Assembly (NCBI GenBank): GCA_020633895.1
Contig: JACKCT010000005.1
Span: 1 to 64,000, forward strand
Reading direction: 5' to 3'
DNA: 64,000 bases
Source of the DNA: Deltaproteobacteria bacterium
Lineage (GTDB): Bacteria; Lernaellota; Lernaellaia; JACKCT01
The stretch's first letter is position 1. Every line of letters starts with the position of its first letter. The notes below the pieces were generated by a model. It had not been told where the DNA came from. It was given only the letters and a program-made list of their open reading frames with translations, and ran no database searches. Shown in pieces: positions 46,562 to 55,347 of the stretch. The position numbers and the translations under genes were made by a program.

Positions 46562-48724
46562 ATGCATTGGACATGGAAGCTGGCGGTGATTTTGACCGCC
46601 CTGATGATGACGTTTCCGCTGGTCGCGGCCGATTGCGGCGGCGACGACGACGATGACGACGATTCGAGCGACGACGACACGGCCGACGACGACGACACCG
46701 GCGATGACGACACAGTCGATGACGACACAGTCGATGACGACACAGTCGATGACGACGATACCGTCGACGATGACACGGCCGACGATGACACGGCCGACGA
46801 CGACACCGGGGACGACGACGTCGAGGTTCCCATCGTGCAGTCCGAAGCGTTTTTGAACCGCTGCGCGACGTTCATCGACAATTGCGCGACCAACACCGGC
46901 GGCCGGTACGAGCAAATCTGCGCCCTGGAAAAAGACCAGTCCATCAACGAGGACGTTATCCGCAATTACATCTCGAGCACGGTCGAGCCTCGGGAGGACA
47001 CCGCGGACTTCGGCATGACCGGGTTCATGCGCATGATGTATCTCTACGAAGACAAACTGGCCGAGCCCCTGCGCACCGAGATCGAGGACGCGTTCCTGGG
47101 CTTCAAATACTGGCCCGATGAAGCGGGGCCGGACGAGATGGTCTTCTGGTCGGAAAACCACCATATTCTCTTTCACAGCCTGGAATATCTCGCCGGCCAG
47201 AAATGGCGCAACGAGACGTTCACCAACGAGCCCATGACCGGCCAGGACCACATCGACAAGGTGCTGCCCCGGCTGCATCGTTGGCTGGACTGGCGTTTGC
47301 TGCACGGATTTTCCGAGTGGCATTCGAATGTCTACTACAACGAAGACGCGCCGCCGCTGCTGAACCTGGTGGATTTCGCCGAGGACGCGGACATCCGGGA
47401 GAAGGCGAAGCTGGTGCTGGACATGCTGCTGTTGGACATGGCCTTCAACTCCAAGGACGCCACCATCGCCACCGCCCACGGCCGCACCTATCCGGACAAG
47501 ATCACCAACCGGTCTTCCGACTCCATGAGCGGCGCCCAGTCCCTGTGGTTCGGCAACACGGACAAGTGGATGACCGACAACGGCGGCTTCACCGAAACGC
47601 ACCTGTGCACCAGCGCCTACGCGGCTCCCGAGGCGATCGTGCGCGTGGCCAACGCGACGCCGGACGAGTTCCTGAACTTCCAGCGGGACGGCATCAACAT
47701 CGCCGACGCGGATGACTACGGCTTGACTTACACCGATCCGGACGACGTGCTGTTCTGGTGGTCGATGGGATCCTACGCGGCGCCGGATATCATCGAAGGG
47801 ACTTTCGATACCTTGGACGAATGGACCATGTGGGACGGCGCGTTCTTCGGCGATCTCAATTTCCTCGAACCCATCGCTCAGTCGCCGATTATCAAGACGC
47901 TCATCACGCTGCTGCGGCCTATTTCCCAAGGCCCCGCGCTGGAAGAACTCAACATCGTCACCTATCGCACACCCGAGTATCAGCTCTCCTCCGCCCAGGA
48001 TTACAACCCGGGCTATTGGGGCGCCCAGACGGCGATGTGGTCGGGGCTGATCGACCCGCAGACGAGCGTGTACACGTCCATCCCCGGCGGCGCGGGCGAT
48101 TATCTGTCGACCGACTGGACCGGCGGATTCCTGCCTCGCATCGGTCAGGTGGAGAATGTGGCGATCCTCGTCTACGGCGAGGAGGGCTTCTTCCTGGACA
48201 ACCTGCTGCGGCCGGTCTTCAACAAGGGTTACGCCCACGCGTTCTTCCCGCGCGGCAACTTCGACGAGTGGAGCCAGTCCGACGGCTGGACCTTCGGACG
48301 CAAAGGCGACGCCTATGTGGCGCTCTACGCCTCGGCCCCGACGCGCTGGGCGGACGGAGAGACGTCGGACTACGAACTGATCGCCGACACGATCAATCTG
48401 GTATGGATCGTGGAGATGGGCAGCGCGGCGCAAAACGGCACCTACGAGGCCTTCAAGGCGGATATTCTGTCGGCGGACGTGACGGTCGACGGGCTGGATG
48501 TGACGTACGATTCGCCCTCGGTCGGTGAGCTTTCCTACGGCTGGACCGGGCGCCTCAAGCGCGACGGCAAACGCGTGGACCAGGGGTCGTTCAAGCGCTT
48601 CGACAATATGTACATTCAGCATGAGTGGGGCGACACGCTCTACACGCTCAACATCGACGAACTGCGTCTGGAGCTGGATGTGGAGAACCTGACACGCACG
48701 ATGTACGAGGGTAGCGGTTCGTAA
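46562..48724 (+). CDS. Secreted protein: poly-Asp linker plus large alpha-helical domain (possible polysaccharide lyase/heparinase-II/III-like fold)
   Basis: The ATG at 46562 with a GGGAG SD gives MHWTWKLAVILTALMMTFPLVAADC. About 80 aa of DDD(T/A/V/G) repeats follow, then a roughly 600-aa domain (…VFWSENHHILFHSLEY…WHSNVYYNE…). A rho-independent terminator follows. The function call is weak. Confidence 0.6.
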   Translation: MHWTWKLAVILTALMMTFPLVAADCGGDDDDDDDSSDDDTADDDDTGDDDTVDDDTVDDDTVDDDDTVDDDTADDDTADDDTGDDDVEVPIVQSEAFLNRCATFIDNCATNTGGRYEQICALEKDQSINEDVIRNYISSTVEPREDTADFGMTGFMRMMYLYEDKLAEPLRTEIEDAFLGFKYWPDEAGPDEMVFWSENHHILFHSLEYLAGQKWRNETFTNEPMTGQDHIDKVLPRLHRWLDWRLLHGFSEWHSNVYYNEDAPPLLNLVDFAEDADIREKAKLVLDMLLLDMAFNSKDATIATAHGRTYPDKITNRSSDSMSGAQSLWFGNTDKWMTDNGGFTETHLCTSAYAAPEAIVRVANATPDEFLNFQRDGINIADADDYGLTYTDPDDVLFWWSMGSYAAPDIIEGTFDTLDEWTMWDGAFFGDLNFLEPIAQSPIIKTLITLLRPISQGPALEELNIVTYRTPEYQLSSAQDYNPGYWGAQTAMWSGLIDPQTSVYTSIPGGAGDYLSTDWTGGFLPRIGQVENVAILVYGEEGFFLDNLLRPVFNKGYAHAFFPRGNFDEWSQSDGWTFGRKGDAYVALYASAPTRWADGETSDYELIADTINLVWIVEMGSAAQNGTYEAFKADILSADVTVDGLDVTYDSPSVGELSYGWTGRLKRDGKRVDQGSFKRFDNMYIQHEWGDTLYTLNIDELRLELDVENLTRTMYEGSGS

Positions 48725-48754
48725 TCGCTACTTCAAATAACCGTCAAACACACG

Positions 48755-48785
48755 ATCCCCGGTCGACCTCGGCCGGGGATTTTTG
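48755..48785 (+). terminator. Rho-independent terminator of the 46562..48724 gene
   Basis: ATCCCCGG-TCGACCTCGG-CCGGGGAT stem-loop followed by TTTTTGT, 30 nt after the stop. Confidence 0.6.
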
Positions 48786-48841
48786 TGGCGCAGTCGCCAC
48801 GGGCTGGGAGATGCCTTGCATCTCTGACGCCGGCGCGTTCC

Positions 48842-49240
48842 TGGATGTCCGAGCCGAGATCAATTCTTTCAGAGCCGCGACCGTAAGGGAGCGGGTTGGT
48901 TCGAGGGATGAAAACGATCGGGTGCCACACTTTCGCGAGGACGAATGTCCGAGAGAAGGTGTGAATGCGATGTCCGAGCCACGAGCCGTAGCGAATGGTC
49001 TTTCGTGCGTTGTCCAGGGCGATCACGCCGAAACAGAGCCGCGACCGTCAGGGAGCGGGTTGGCGGCGCCCTTGCGAAAATCGTTCGTTATTTACGAATC
49101 GAAACGCTCGACAACCCCGCGCTGACGCTTGGGGCTCAGAAAGGGCGGGATCGCTCCAATTGTCGAACGCTTTGGACCGCTTGCTGACTAGCCTTCGCCA
49201 AGGCTACGGCTTGGCAAGCAGCGCGCGGCTCTGCCGGCAT
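48842..49240. repeat. About 400-bp intergenic repeat mosaic (GATGTCCGAGCC ×2, CAGAGCCGCGACCGT(A/C)AGGGAGCGGGTTGG ×2, F1 half-copy, GCCTTCGCCAAGGC module)
   Basis: Every sub-module has at least one other copy elsewhere in the window. Occupies the convergent gap between the secreted-protein gene and pilX. Confidence 0.65.
48920..48980. repeat. Family F1 element, half copy (inverted orientation)
   Basis: GGGTGCCACACTTTCGCGAGGACGAATGTCCGAGAGAAGGTGTGAATGCG matches the reverse complement of the 3' half of copy B. Confidence 0.6.
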
Positions 49241-49433
49241 GGACCGGTCGCGCAAGTCGCGACTCGGAAAATGCGCATCCCTTCCAAAGGCCAACGCCGG
49301 CCCGAAGGCCGGCGCTCGCGGTGTAGAGGTTTCGGCTTTCGCCTTGGCATGCTGCGCGGGGAAGGCGGAAGGGAAGGATGGAAGGGACGAACCCTCCCCC
49401 GCGCGGCGCTGTTCGCCTAGAAAAAATCGTCGA

Positions 49434-50612
49434 TCATTCCGTGACCTCGTGCCAGAGCAGGACGTCGATCGGGTCGGCCACGATGTTGTACGCCGACGAG
49501 TAGGTGTACCAAAAATTCGGGTCCGAATTGTTCGAGAACTCGGACGGGTTCTGCACGGTGACGGTGCCGAACGCCGTGACCACGCCCGTGTATTTGATCT
49601 TGCCGTGCAGCTCGTAGTCGCCCTCGGCGTAGGTCAGGCCGTTGAGGAAATTCTGCTGATTGCCGCCGCTGGCGAAGTCGAGCAGCACATCGTCCTTGCT
49701 GATAAGGCTCACCGTCGTGCCGTTGCCCGAGGAAATGCCCGCGCCGATGATCTTGCCCGTGCAGATGATGGTGCCGATGCCCTGGATCGCGCCGTGCAGC
49801 ACCAGGTCGCCGTCCACGTAGATCGCGCGCTTGCCGTCCGCGTCCTCGGGCACGTTGTTGAAGTTCAGGTTGTTGATGGTCATGGGCGTGTCGCCGTTGC
49901 CCATGATGCCGTCCGAATCGTAGGAGTAGCCGACCGGCGCCTTGTGGGCCAGGTCCACCCAGTCCTCGTCCGAGAGCTTGGCCGCCGACAGGTCCAGGGC
50001 CTCTTTCTCATACCGATGCACCGGATTGGTGTTCGATCCGTCCACGAAATTGATCGTGGAGGTGGACGGGGCGTAGATATTCAGATCCGGCGTTCCCGAG
50101 TCCAGATCCAGATAGGCGTCGCCGTTCAAACGCACGCCCTCGGAACTGACGCGGGGCTTGCCGGCCAGCAACAGGTCGCCGCCCACGTTGAGCGCGTGGT
50201 CGAAAGCCGAATCGATGTTCACCACTACTTCGATAATGCGCAGGCTGTTTCCCGACTGCCCCCGGGAGACCAGCCGCGCGATCTGTCCGGAAAGCGTGTC
50301 GACGGTGACTTCGTAGGACGTGCCGTTGGCCTGAGCCGTCGACGGGATGCCCGCGGTCCATTCGTTATTTTCGCGAAGCTCCGCGATGGCGTTTTGGACA
50401 CCCGCCTCGGCGGCGAAGAACGCCTGGGCTCCGGTGCGGTAATTGGCGGTGATCTTCAGGTCCGTCGAGGCCACGACCATGCCGCCCATGCCGACCAACA
50501 GCGTGAGCATCAGGACGACCATCACGACGATCATCACCACGCCGCGCCGGTCGTTCCGGGCGATTCGCGGGAATTTTCGTCGGGTCTGTCGCATCTTCGA
50601 CGTCCTAGTCAC
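49434..50612 (-). CDS. PilX-like type IV pilus minor pilin/assembly protein (PilX_N domain)
   Basis: The N-terminus …RRGVVMIVVMVVLMLTLLVGMGGMVVASTDLKITANYRTGAQAFFAAEAGVQNAIAEL… matches the PilX N-terminal domain. 392 aa, larger than typical PilX. Confidence 0.7.
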   Translation of the reverse strand: MTRTSKMRQTRRKFPRIARNDRRGVVMIVVMVVLMLTLLVGMGGMVVASTDLKITANYRTGAQAFFAAEAGVQNAIAELRENNEWTAGIPSTAQANGTSYEVTVDTLSGQIARLVSRGQSGNSLRIIEVVVNIDSAFDHALNVGGDLLLAGKPRVSSEGVRLNGDAYLDLDSGTPDLNIYAPSTSTINFVDGSNTNPVHRYEKEALDLSAAKLSDEDWVDLAHKAPVGYSYDSDGIMGNGDTPMTINNLNFNNVPEDADGKRAIYVDGDLVLHGAIQGIGTIICTGKIIGAGISSGNGTTVSLISKDDVLLDFASGGNQQNFLNGLTYAEGDYELHGKIKYTGVVTAFGTVTVQNPSEFSNNSDPNFWYTYSSAYNIVADPIDVLLWHEVTE

Positions 50613-53600
50613 AGTGGTCCGGGTACACGCAGTCCCCGGCCTGCTGGAAGTTGCTTTCGCAGCTTGCGCTCCGGTTGCCGGACGAATCCACGGCCCGGAT
50701 GTAGTAGCCGTAGCACTTGTTGTTTGTGTTCAAGCTGTTCTGATCGTCCACGTACTCGATGAGCGAGGGCGAGGACGCATCGATGTCGGTGACTTCGGTG
50801 TATTTTTTCTGGAAGCTGCCGCAATCGGTGCGCCGGTAGACGTCGTAGCCGACCACGTCCGGTTCCGAATTCGCCAGCCACGACAAGCCGACTTCCTTTT
50901 TGCCGTACGCGGTGGCCACCAGGCCCGCGGGGCACGCCGGGGCGCTGGTGTCTTCGTCCAGATCGTAGGTGTACGCCCCGGCCGACGGGCTGCGGTCCGA
51001 TTGGCCCAGGTTGTCCACCGCCTGGAGGTAGACCCACACGCGGGCGTTGTCGGCGTAAGGCAGCGTTCCGCCGTAGCCGCCCACATCGCCGTCGTATTCC
51101 AAATCCACATAGCTGTAGCCGCCGGTGGGCGCCGTGCCGTTCATGGACAGGTCGATCTTGTAGTACGCCCGCACCGACTGCAGGCCCGCGCCCGAGTAAT
51201 CCACGACCGCCGCGTGCACCGGCACCTGACGATATTCCTGCACATGCACCGCCCCCACCGACGCGCTCATGGGCGTGCTCGCCGACGGTTCGTCCTGGTA
51301 GGCGGTGCCGATGGCCGGTCCGGCGGAGACGGACACGGTGATCTCGTCGGTGGTGCAGGCCCGTTCGCTGTCGTCCAACTCGTAGGTGAACGACACGCTC
51401 ACCACCGCGCCGGACATGGGCATCATGCTGTCCGATTCGACCACGGAGACGCGCGCGCCGGCCGAGTGGCTCTGGGCGGTCGGAGCCGACAGGGACAAAA
51501 CGCCCGTACCCACGCTGCTGACGACCGCCTGCTCGGCCTCGTCGCCGATGTAGATGGTGTCGCCGACGCTAAAGCCCGCGGAGTTGTCCACCGACAGCAG
51601 GCTCGCGCCCGAACCGGTGTACGCCGACAGCTTCGTCGAGGAGTGGACGAATTCCAGCGACACGGTGGCCGTTTCTTCCGAGTCCAATTCCACTTCGTCG
51701 GACGAGTCGAATTCGAGCGTCTGGTCGCTGGGCAGCGGGCCGTCGTCGGAGCCGTCCCACAGCACGTCCGAGTCGGGGATCGCGACGCTGTAAAGGCGGG
51801 CCTGCGTGCGGTCCCAGCCGACGGTCAAGCCGCTGATGGTCGCGCGCGTGGTCGCGGTGTTTTTGATGCGGAAGTTGACCACCTGCTTGTGATCGCCGCC
51901 CAGGGAATTGGTGTAGGTGTCGTCGCGCTCGATGGCGCCGCCCTCGATGTGGAACTGGCGATATTCGGACTGCGTCGTCTGGCCTTCGTTGTCGGTGGCG
52001 ACCACATAGGCGTTGTAGGTTCCCGCGCACCAGGTGCTCACGTCGCCGTCGTCGCAGGGGATCTGATCGCCGCCGAATCCGCAGTACTGGGGAACCCGTT
52101 CCGTGTGGGGGAACTGGCCGGTTTCCGGATCGGGGGTGACGAAGAACTGCACGTTGTCGATGCCCAGGCCGTTGGAGTCGCCTTCGCTGTAGCCCGGCTC
52201 GTCCGGGTCCGCGGCGGTGGCGCGCAGGAAGAGGACACCGTTGGTGATGACCTGGCCCTCGGCCGGTTCGACCATCTGCACCACCGGGCCCTGAGCGTTG
52301 GGCGCGGCCTGGGCGGTGGTTTTGTCCGAGCAGTTGCCGCAGCGATCGCACGCGAAGGCGCTGTAGTAATAGGTGACGCCGTTGATGAGGTTCTCGTGGG
52401 CGAAGGTCATGGCCGCGCCCGGTTGGCCGGTGATGTTGGCCACCTCGTTGCCGGACTGCGTCGAGAGGGGATAGCCGGTGGTGGACGAACGCACCACCAC
52501 CCGTTCAAAGTCGGTGGCGGCCGGGTTGGTCCAGGACAGGTTCACCGTCTGGTCGCCCCCGCCCGCGCCGAAGGGTGCGGGAGCCGACGGGGGCGTGGGC
52601 GGATCTTCGCCGGGCGCGGTGTCGGTCTCGCCCATGTTGGGCGCGTCGTCGCCGGCTCCGTCGCCGTCACCGTAGACCAACTCGCTGGGCTCGCCCTCGT
52701 CCACGCAGTCCACGGAGGTCAGGCGGTAATAGTACGTCCGGCAGGGGTCGACGGCCGTGTCGGTGAATTCCAACGTTTCGTTGTCCAGTTCGGTTTCGTC
52801 GGCGATGCGGGAGCCTTCGGTCAAGGCGAAGTTCGGTTCGGTGCCGCGATAGAGGCGATAGCCGGACACGTCCAGATCCGCGGGCGGATCCCACGTCAGC
52901 AGGACCGAGCCCACGGCCGCGGAGGCGTCGATATTCATCGGCGGGTCGGGGCGCTCGTTGTCGAGCAGGGTGAAGCTCGTCTCCGAGGAAGGCACCGATT
53001 CGTTGAAGTTGGAGTCGTAGGCAATCATCGAAACGAAGTAGGTCGTTTCGTTGGCCAGGCGCGGGTCTTCCACCACGATTTCGCCGGACGTCTCGTCGGC
53101 CACGTTGTAGGGCGGGGTGAGGTAGTCGCCGGACGCGGGGCCGTAGAGAACCTTGTAGCCGCCCAGGTCCGTCAGATCCGAACCGTCGCAGGCGTTCGTG
53201 TTCGGCGGCGTCCAACGCACTTCAAAGTGCCCGCACATGCCGGTTTCCAACACCTGCAGCATGGACGGCGGATTCGGCGCGCAAGCGTCCTCGCTGAATC
53301 CCCGGGCGCCCATGTTGCGCAGATCCACCGTGGACGCGTAGGTGCGCGTGCGGCCGGTACTGGAGATTTGGCTGGTCATCTCAATCTGGATGCGGCGGAT
53401 CGCGGCGCGCTCGGTGGGCGTGAGGCTGGTGAGGGTTTCGGGCGTCATCTCCTGCTCCGCCTCGTTGAAATAGCGGAAGGAAAAATCGATGACGTCGGTG
53501 GCCATTTCCTCGCCGTTTTTCGCCAGCAGGGTCTGGGGGTAATTGAAGTCGTAGGTGATGGATTCGACGGTCTTGATGAACGTCCCGCCCGCCGGGAAAT

Positions 53601-54096
53601 CCTCGGTCAGGGGCTGGGCCAGATTGATGACGTCCGGTTCGCCGCCCAGTTCCACCGGGTTGGACGTCGACACGGCGCGCATCTCGACCGTATTGCCGCT
53701 ATGCAAAAAGATGAAGTCGCCGGGCTCAATCGTGTCCTGCTCGTCGTTCAGGTCGACGTAAAGCTGCGTGTCGCCGGCGTTGGCGGCCTGGGCGAGCACG
53801 GCGTTGATGTCCGAATCCACGTCGCCCCGGAAGGTCAGGCTGGTGAGCTGGGCGTCGGCGAAGGTCTGCTGTCCGACCACGCCGAAGTTGGCCATGCGCA
53901 ACTCGCGGGTGATCTGTTCGAGCGCCAGCTTGGCCGATTGCTGCACCTGGGACTGCTGTCCGATGGCCAAAAAGCCCCGGGACTGGGCGGTGTAGACGGT
54001 GTAGGCCGCGATCATCACGCCCACGGCGAGCGTCATGGCGATGGCCGTTTCGATCAAGGTGAAACCCGCGCGGCGGCGGCGAGGCGAAAATCCCAT
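50605..54096 (-). CDS. Giant type-IV-prepilin-like protein (PilW position) with FN3-like repeats and a Cys-rich C-terminus
   Basis: The N-terminus MGFSPRRRRAGFTLIETAIAMTLAVGVMIAAYTVY is a class III signal with a G|FTLIE prepilin cleavage/methylation site. Several …SGYRLYRGTEPNF… / …VGYDVYRRTDCG… fibronectin-III-like modules follow; 1163 aa. Confidence 0.7.
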   Translation of the reverse strand: MGFSPRRRRAGFTLIETAIAMTLAVGVMIAAYTVYTAQSRGFLAIGQQSQVQQSAKLALEQITRELRMANFGVVGQQTFADAQLTSLTFRGDVDSDINAVLAQAANAGDTQLYVDLNDEQDTIEPGDFIFLHSGNTVEMRAVSTSNPVELGGEPDVINLAQPLTEDFPAGGTFIKTVESITYDFNYPQTLLAKNGEEMATDVIDFSFRYFNEAEQEMTPETLTSLTPTERAAIRRIQIEMTSQISSTGRTRTYASTVDLRNMGARGFSEDACAPNPPSMLQVLETGMCGHFEVRWTPPNTNACDGSDLTDLGGYKVLYGPASGDYLTPPYNVADETSGEIVVEDPRLANETTYFVSMIAYDSNFNESVPSSETSFTLLDNERPDPPMNIDASAAVGSVLLTWDPPADLDVSGYRLYRGTEPNFALTEGSRIADETELDNETLEFTDTAVDPCRTYYYRLTSVDCVDEGEPSELVYGDGDGAGDDAPNMGETDTAPGEDPPTPPSAPAPFGAGGGDQTVNLSWTNPAATDFERVVVRSSTTGYPLSTQSGNEVANITGQPGAAMTFAHENLINGVTYYYSAFACDRCGNCSDKTTAQAAPNAQGPVVQMVEPAEGQVITNGVLFLRATAADPDEPGYSEGDSNGLGIDNVQFFVTPDPETGQFPHTERVPQYCGFGGDQIPCDDGDVSTWCAGTYNAYVVATDNEGQTTQSEYRQFHIEGGAIERDDTYTNSLGGDHKQVVNFRIKNTATTRATISGLTVGWDRTQARLYSVAIPDSDVLWDGSDDGPLPSDQTLEFDSSDEVELDSEETATVSLEFVHSSTKLSAYTGSGASLLSVDNSAGFSVGDTIYIGDEAEQAVVSSVGTGVLSLSAPTAQSHSAGARVSVVESDSMMPMSGAVVSVSFTYELDDSERACTTDEITVSVSAGPAIGTAYQDEPSASTPMSASVGAVHVQEYRQVPVHAAVVDYSGAGLQSVRAYYKIDLSMNGTAPTGGYSYVDLEYDGDVGGYGGTLPYADNARVWVYLQAVDNLGQSDRSPSAGAYTYDLDEDTSAPACPAGLVATAYGKKEVGLSWLANSEPDVVGYDVYRRTDCGSFQKKYTEVTDIDASSPSLIEYVDDQNSLNTNNKCYGYYIRAVDSSGNRSASCESNFQQAGDCVYPDHCD

Positions 54097-54098
54097 GG

Positions 54099-54494
54099 CT
54101 ATCTCCTAGCCACCAGCGTGTCCAGCACGACGGACACGCCTTGGGACGACCACACCTGGATGCGGACGGTTTTGAGATTGTCGTCCGCGTTGGTGGTGAC
54201 GGTGGTGTTGCGAGCGTAGGTGGCGTAGTCGGGGATGCCGCCGTAGGGTTCGTTGGTTTCGATGACCTCGTCGTAGCCCCGGCTTTTGACGTCTTCCATC
54301 GCCGATTCGGCGAGCTGCGTCGCGACCATGACCGCCGCGGAGGACCGCTGACCGTTATAGATCGCCATCAGCGTCGACGCCGTCGCCAACAGGCCCACGG
54401 TCAGCAGGCCGATGGACACCACCACCTCGACCAGCGTGAAGCCGTCGCGGCTTGTCGGTCGGTGGCGCGGGCTATGGCGCATGGAGATCGTCAT
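54099..54494 (-). CDS. PilV-like type IV pilus minor pilin
   Basis: MTISMRHSPRHRPTSRDGFTLVEVVVSIGLLTVGLLATASTLMAIYN… carries the prepilin motif and a PilV-type N-domain; 131 aa. Its start overlaps the upstream stop (TAATG). The track ORF is over-extended to 55196. Confidence 0.75.
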   Translation of the reverse strand: MTISMRHSPRHRPTSRDGFTLVEVVVSIGLLTVGLLATASTLMAIYNGQRSSAAVMVATQLAESAMEDVKSRGYDEVIETNEPYGGIPDYATYARNTTVTTNADDNLKTVRIQVWSSQGVSVVLDTLVARR

Positions 54495-55093
54495 TAGCGG
54501 AACTCCAGCCAGGGGCCGTCCAGGTTGCCGCCGTCGAAACGCAGCATCTTGACGTTGCCGGTGCCGTGGATGTTGACCGCCCGGTCCCGCTGCGTGGCCA
54601 TCGCGGACATATCCTGGGAGGTGGACAGATAGATGGTTCCGGCGTCCAGGGCGGCGCCGTTGGATTTGAAGGTGACGTGAATCGGGTCGGAGGTGCCGTT
54701 CATCTGCACCGGCAGACCCAGGGGATTGCCCAGCAGGTCGGTGTGGGAGGCGGAGCCGTACTGCAGCCCCGGACCGATGGCCGACAGTTCGACGGTTTTG
54801 TACAGATCGTAGAGGTCCGGGCCGTTGCGCTCGGCGTCCTTGTAGATCGAGTAGGTGTGCGTTTCCAGGTTGAAGGTGACGATCACGTCGTAGTTGCCGT
54901 CCACCGCCAGCGAACGGGCCAGACGCATGTCCATGGCCACGGTGCGAACGGCGTTGTTGACGGTAAGCTGCCGCTGCCACGCCGCCATCGAAGGAACCAC
55001 AAGGACGGTGGCCCCCATGATCGCCATCACGATGATCAGCTCCAGGAGCGTAAATCCTGCTCGGCGGCTGGTTTTTCGGCGCGACGTGCTCAA
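54494..55093 (-). CDS. FimT/GspH-family type IV minor pilin
   Basis: …SRRAGFTLLELIIVMAIMGATVLVV… (prepilin motif) plus a GspH-like body. A TTG start is preceded by GGGAGGAAG. First gene of the operon. Confidence 0.75.
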   Translation of the reverse strand: MSTSRRKTSRRAGFTLLELIIVMAIMGATVLVVPSMAAWQRQLTVNNAVRTVAMDMRLARSLAVDGNYDVIVTFNLETHTYSIYKDAERNGPDLYDLYKTVELSAIGPGLQYGSASHTDLLGNPLGLPVQMNGTSDPIHVTFKSNGAALDAGTIYLSTSQDMSAMATQRDRAVNIHGTGNVKMLRFDGGNLDGPWLEFR

Positions 55094-55120
55094 GAGACTT
55101 CCTCCCGAATCCTCGAAGAA

Positions 55121-55135
55121 GCAAGTTCAGTGCCG
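55121..55135 (-). promoter_or_regulatory. Sigma-54 (-24/-12) promoter of the minor-pilin operon
   Basis: The minus strand reads CGGCAC-TGAAC-TTGC (GGCAC, N5, TTGC), about 12 nt upstream of the GGGAGGAAG RBS of the FimT-like gene. Sigma-54-dependent pilin promoters are well known. Confidence 0.5.
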
Positions 55136-55347
55136 TTCGGAAATAGTTATTGATATCAGTTGGTTGGAAGTAATCGTCAGTCGTGTCCGAGATCAAAAAT
55201 AAGCGAAAGAGTAAAAAGAGATTACGAATTGTAAGATGGGATGAGTCGACCCACGGATGCCGCTAAGAGGCACCGCGCCGTGCCGGTTTCGCTTACTATT
55301 TCGGCATCCGGTATAGTCCAGGGTATTCTCTGACGTCGGAGTAGCGG

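Noticed and set aside
46454-48622. 722-aa minus-strand ORF opposite the poly-Asp secreted protein
   Set aside because: Antisense. The plus-strand gene has a signal peptide, an SD, a terminator and a GAC-rich repeat that is coding in that frame.
50443-54219. 1258-aa plus-strand ORF across the giant-pilin locus
   Set aside because: Antisense to the prepilin/FN3 gene. The product is Gly/Arg/Val/Ala low-complexity. The minus-strand gene has the prepilin motif, an operon partner overlap and correct codon bias.
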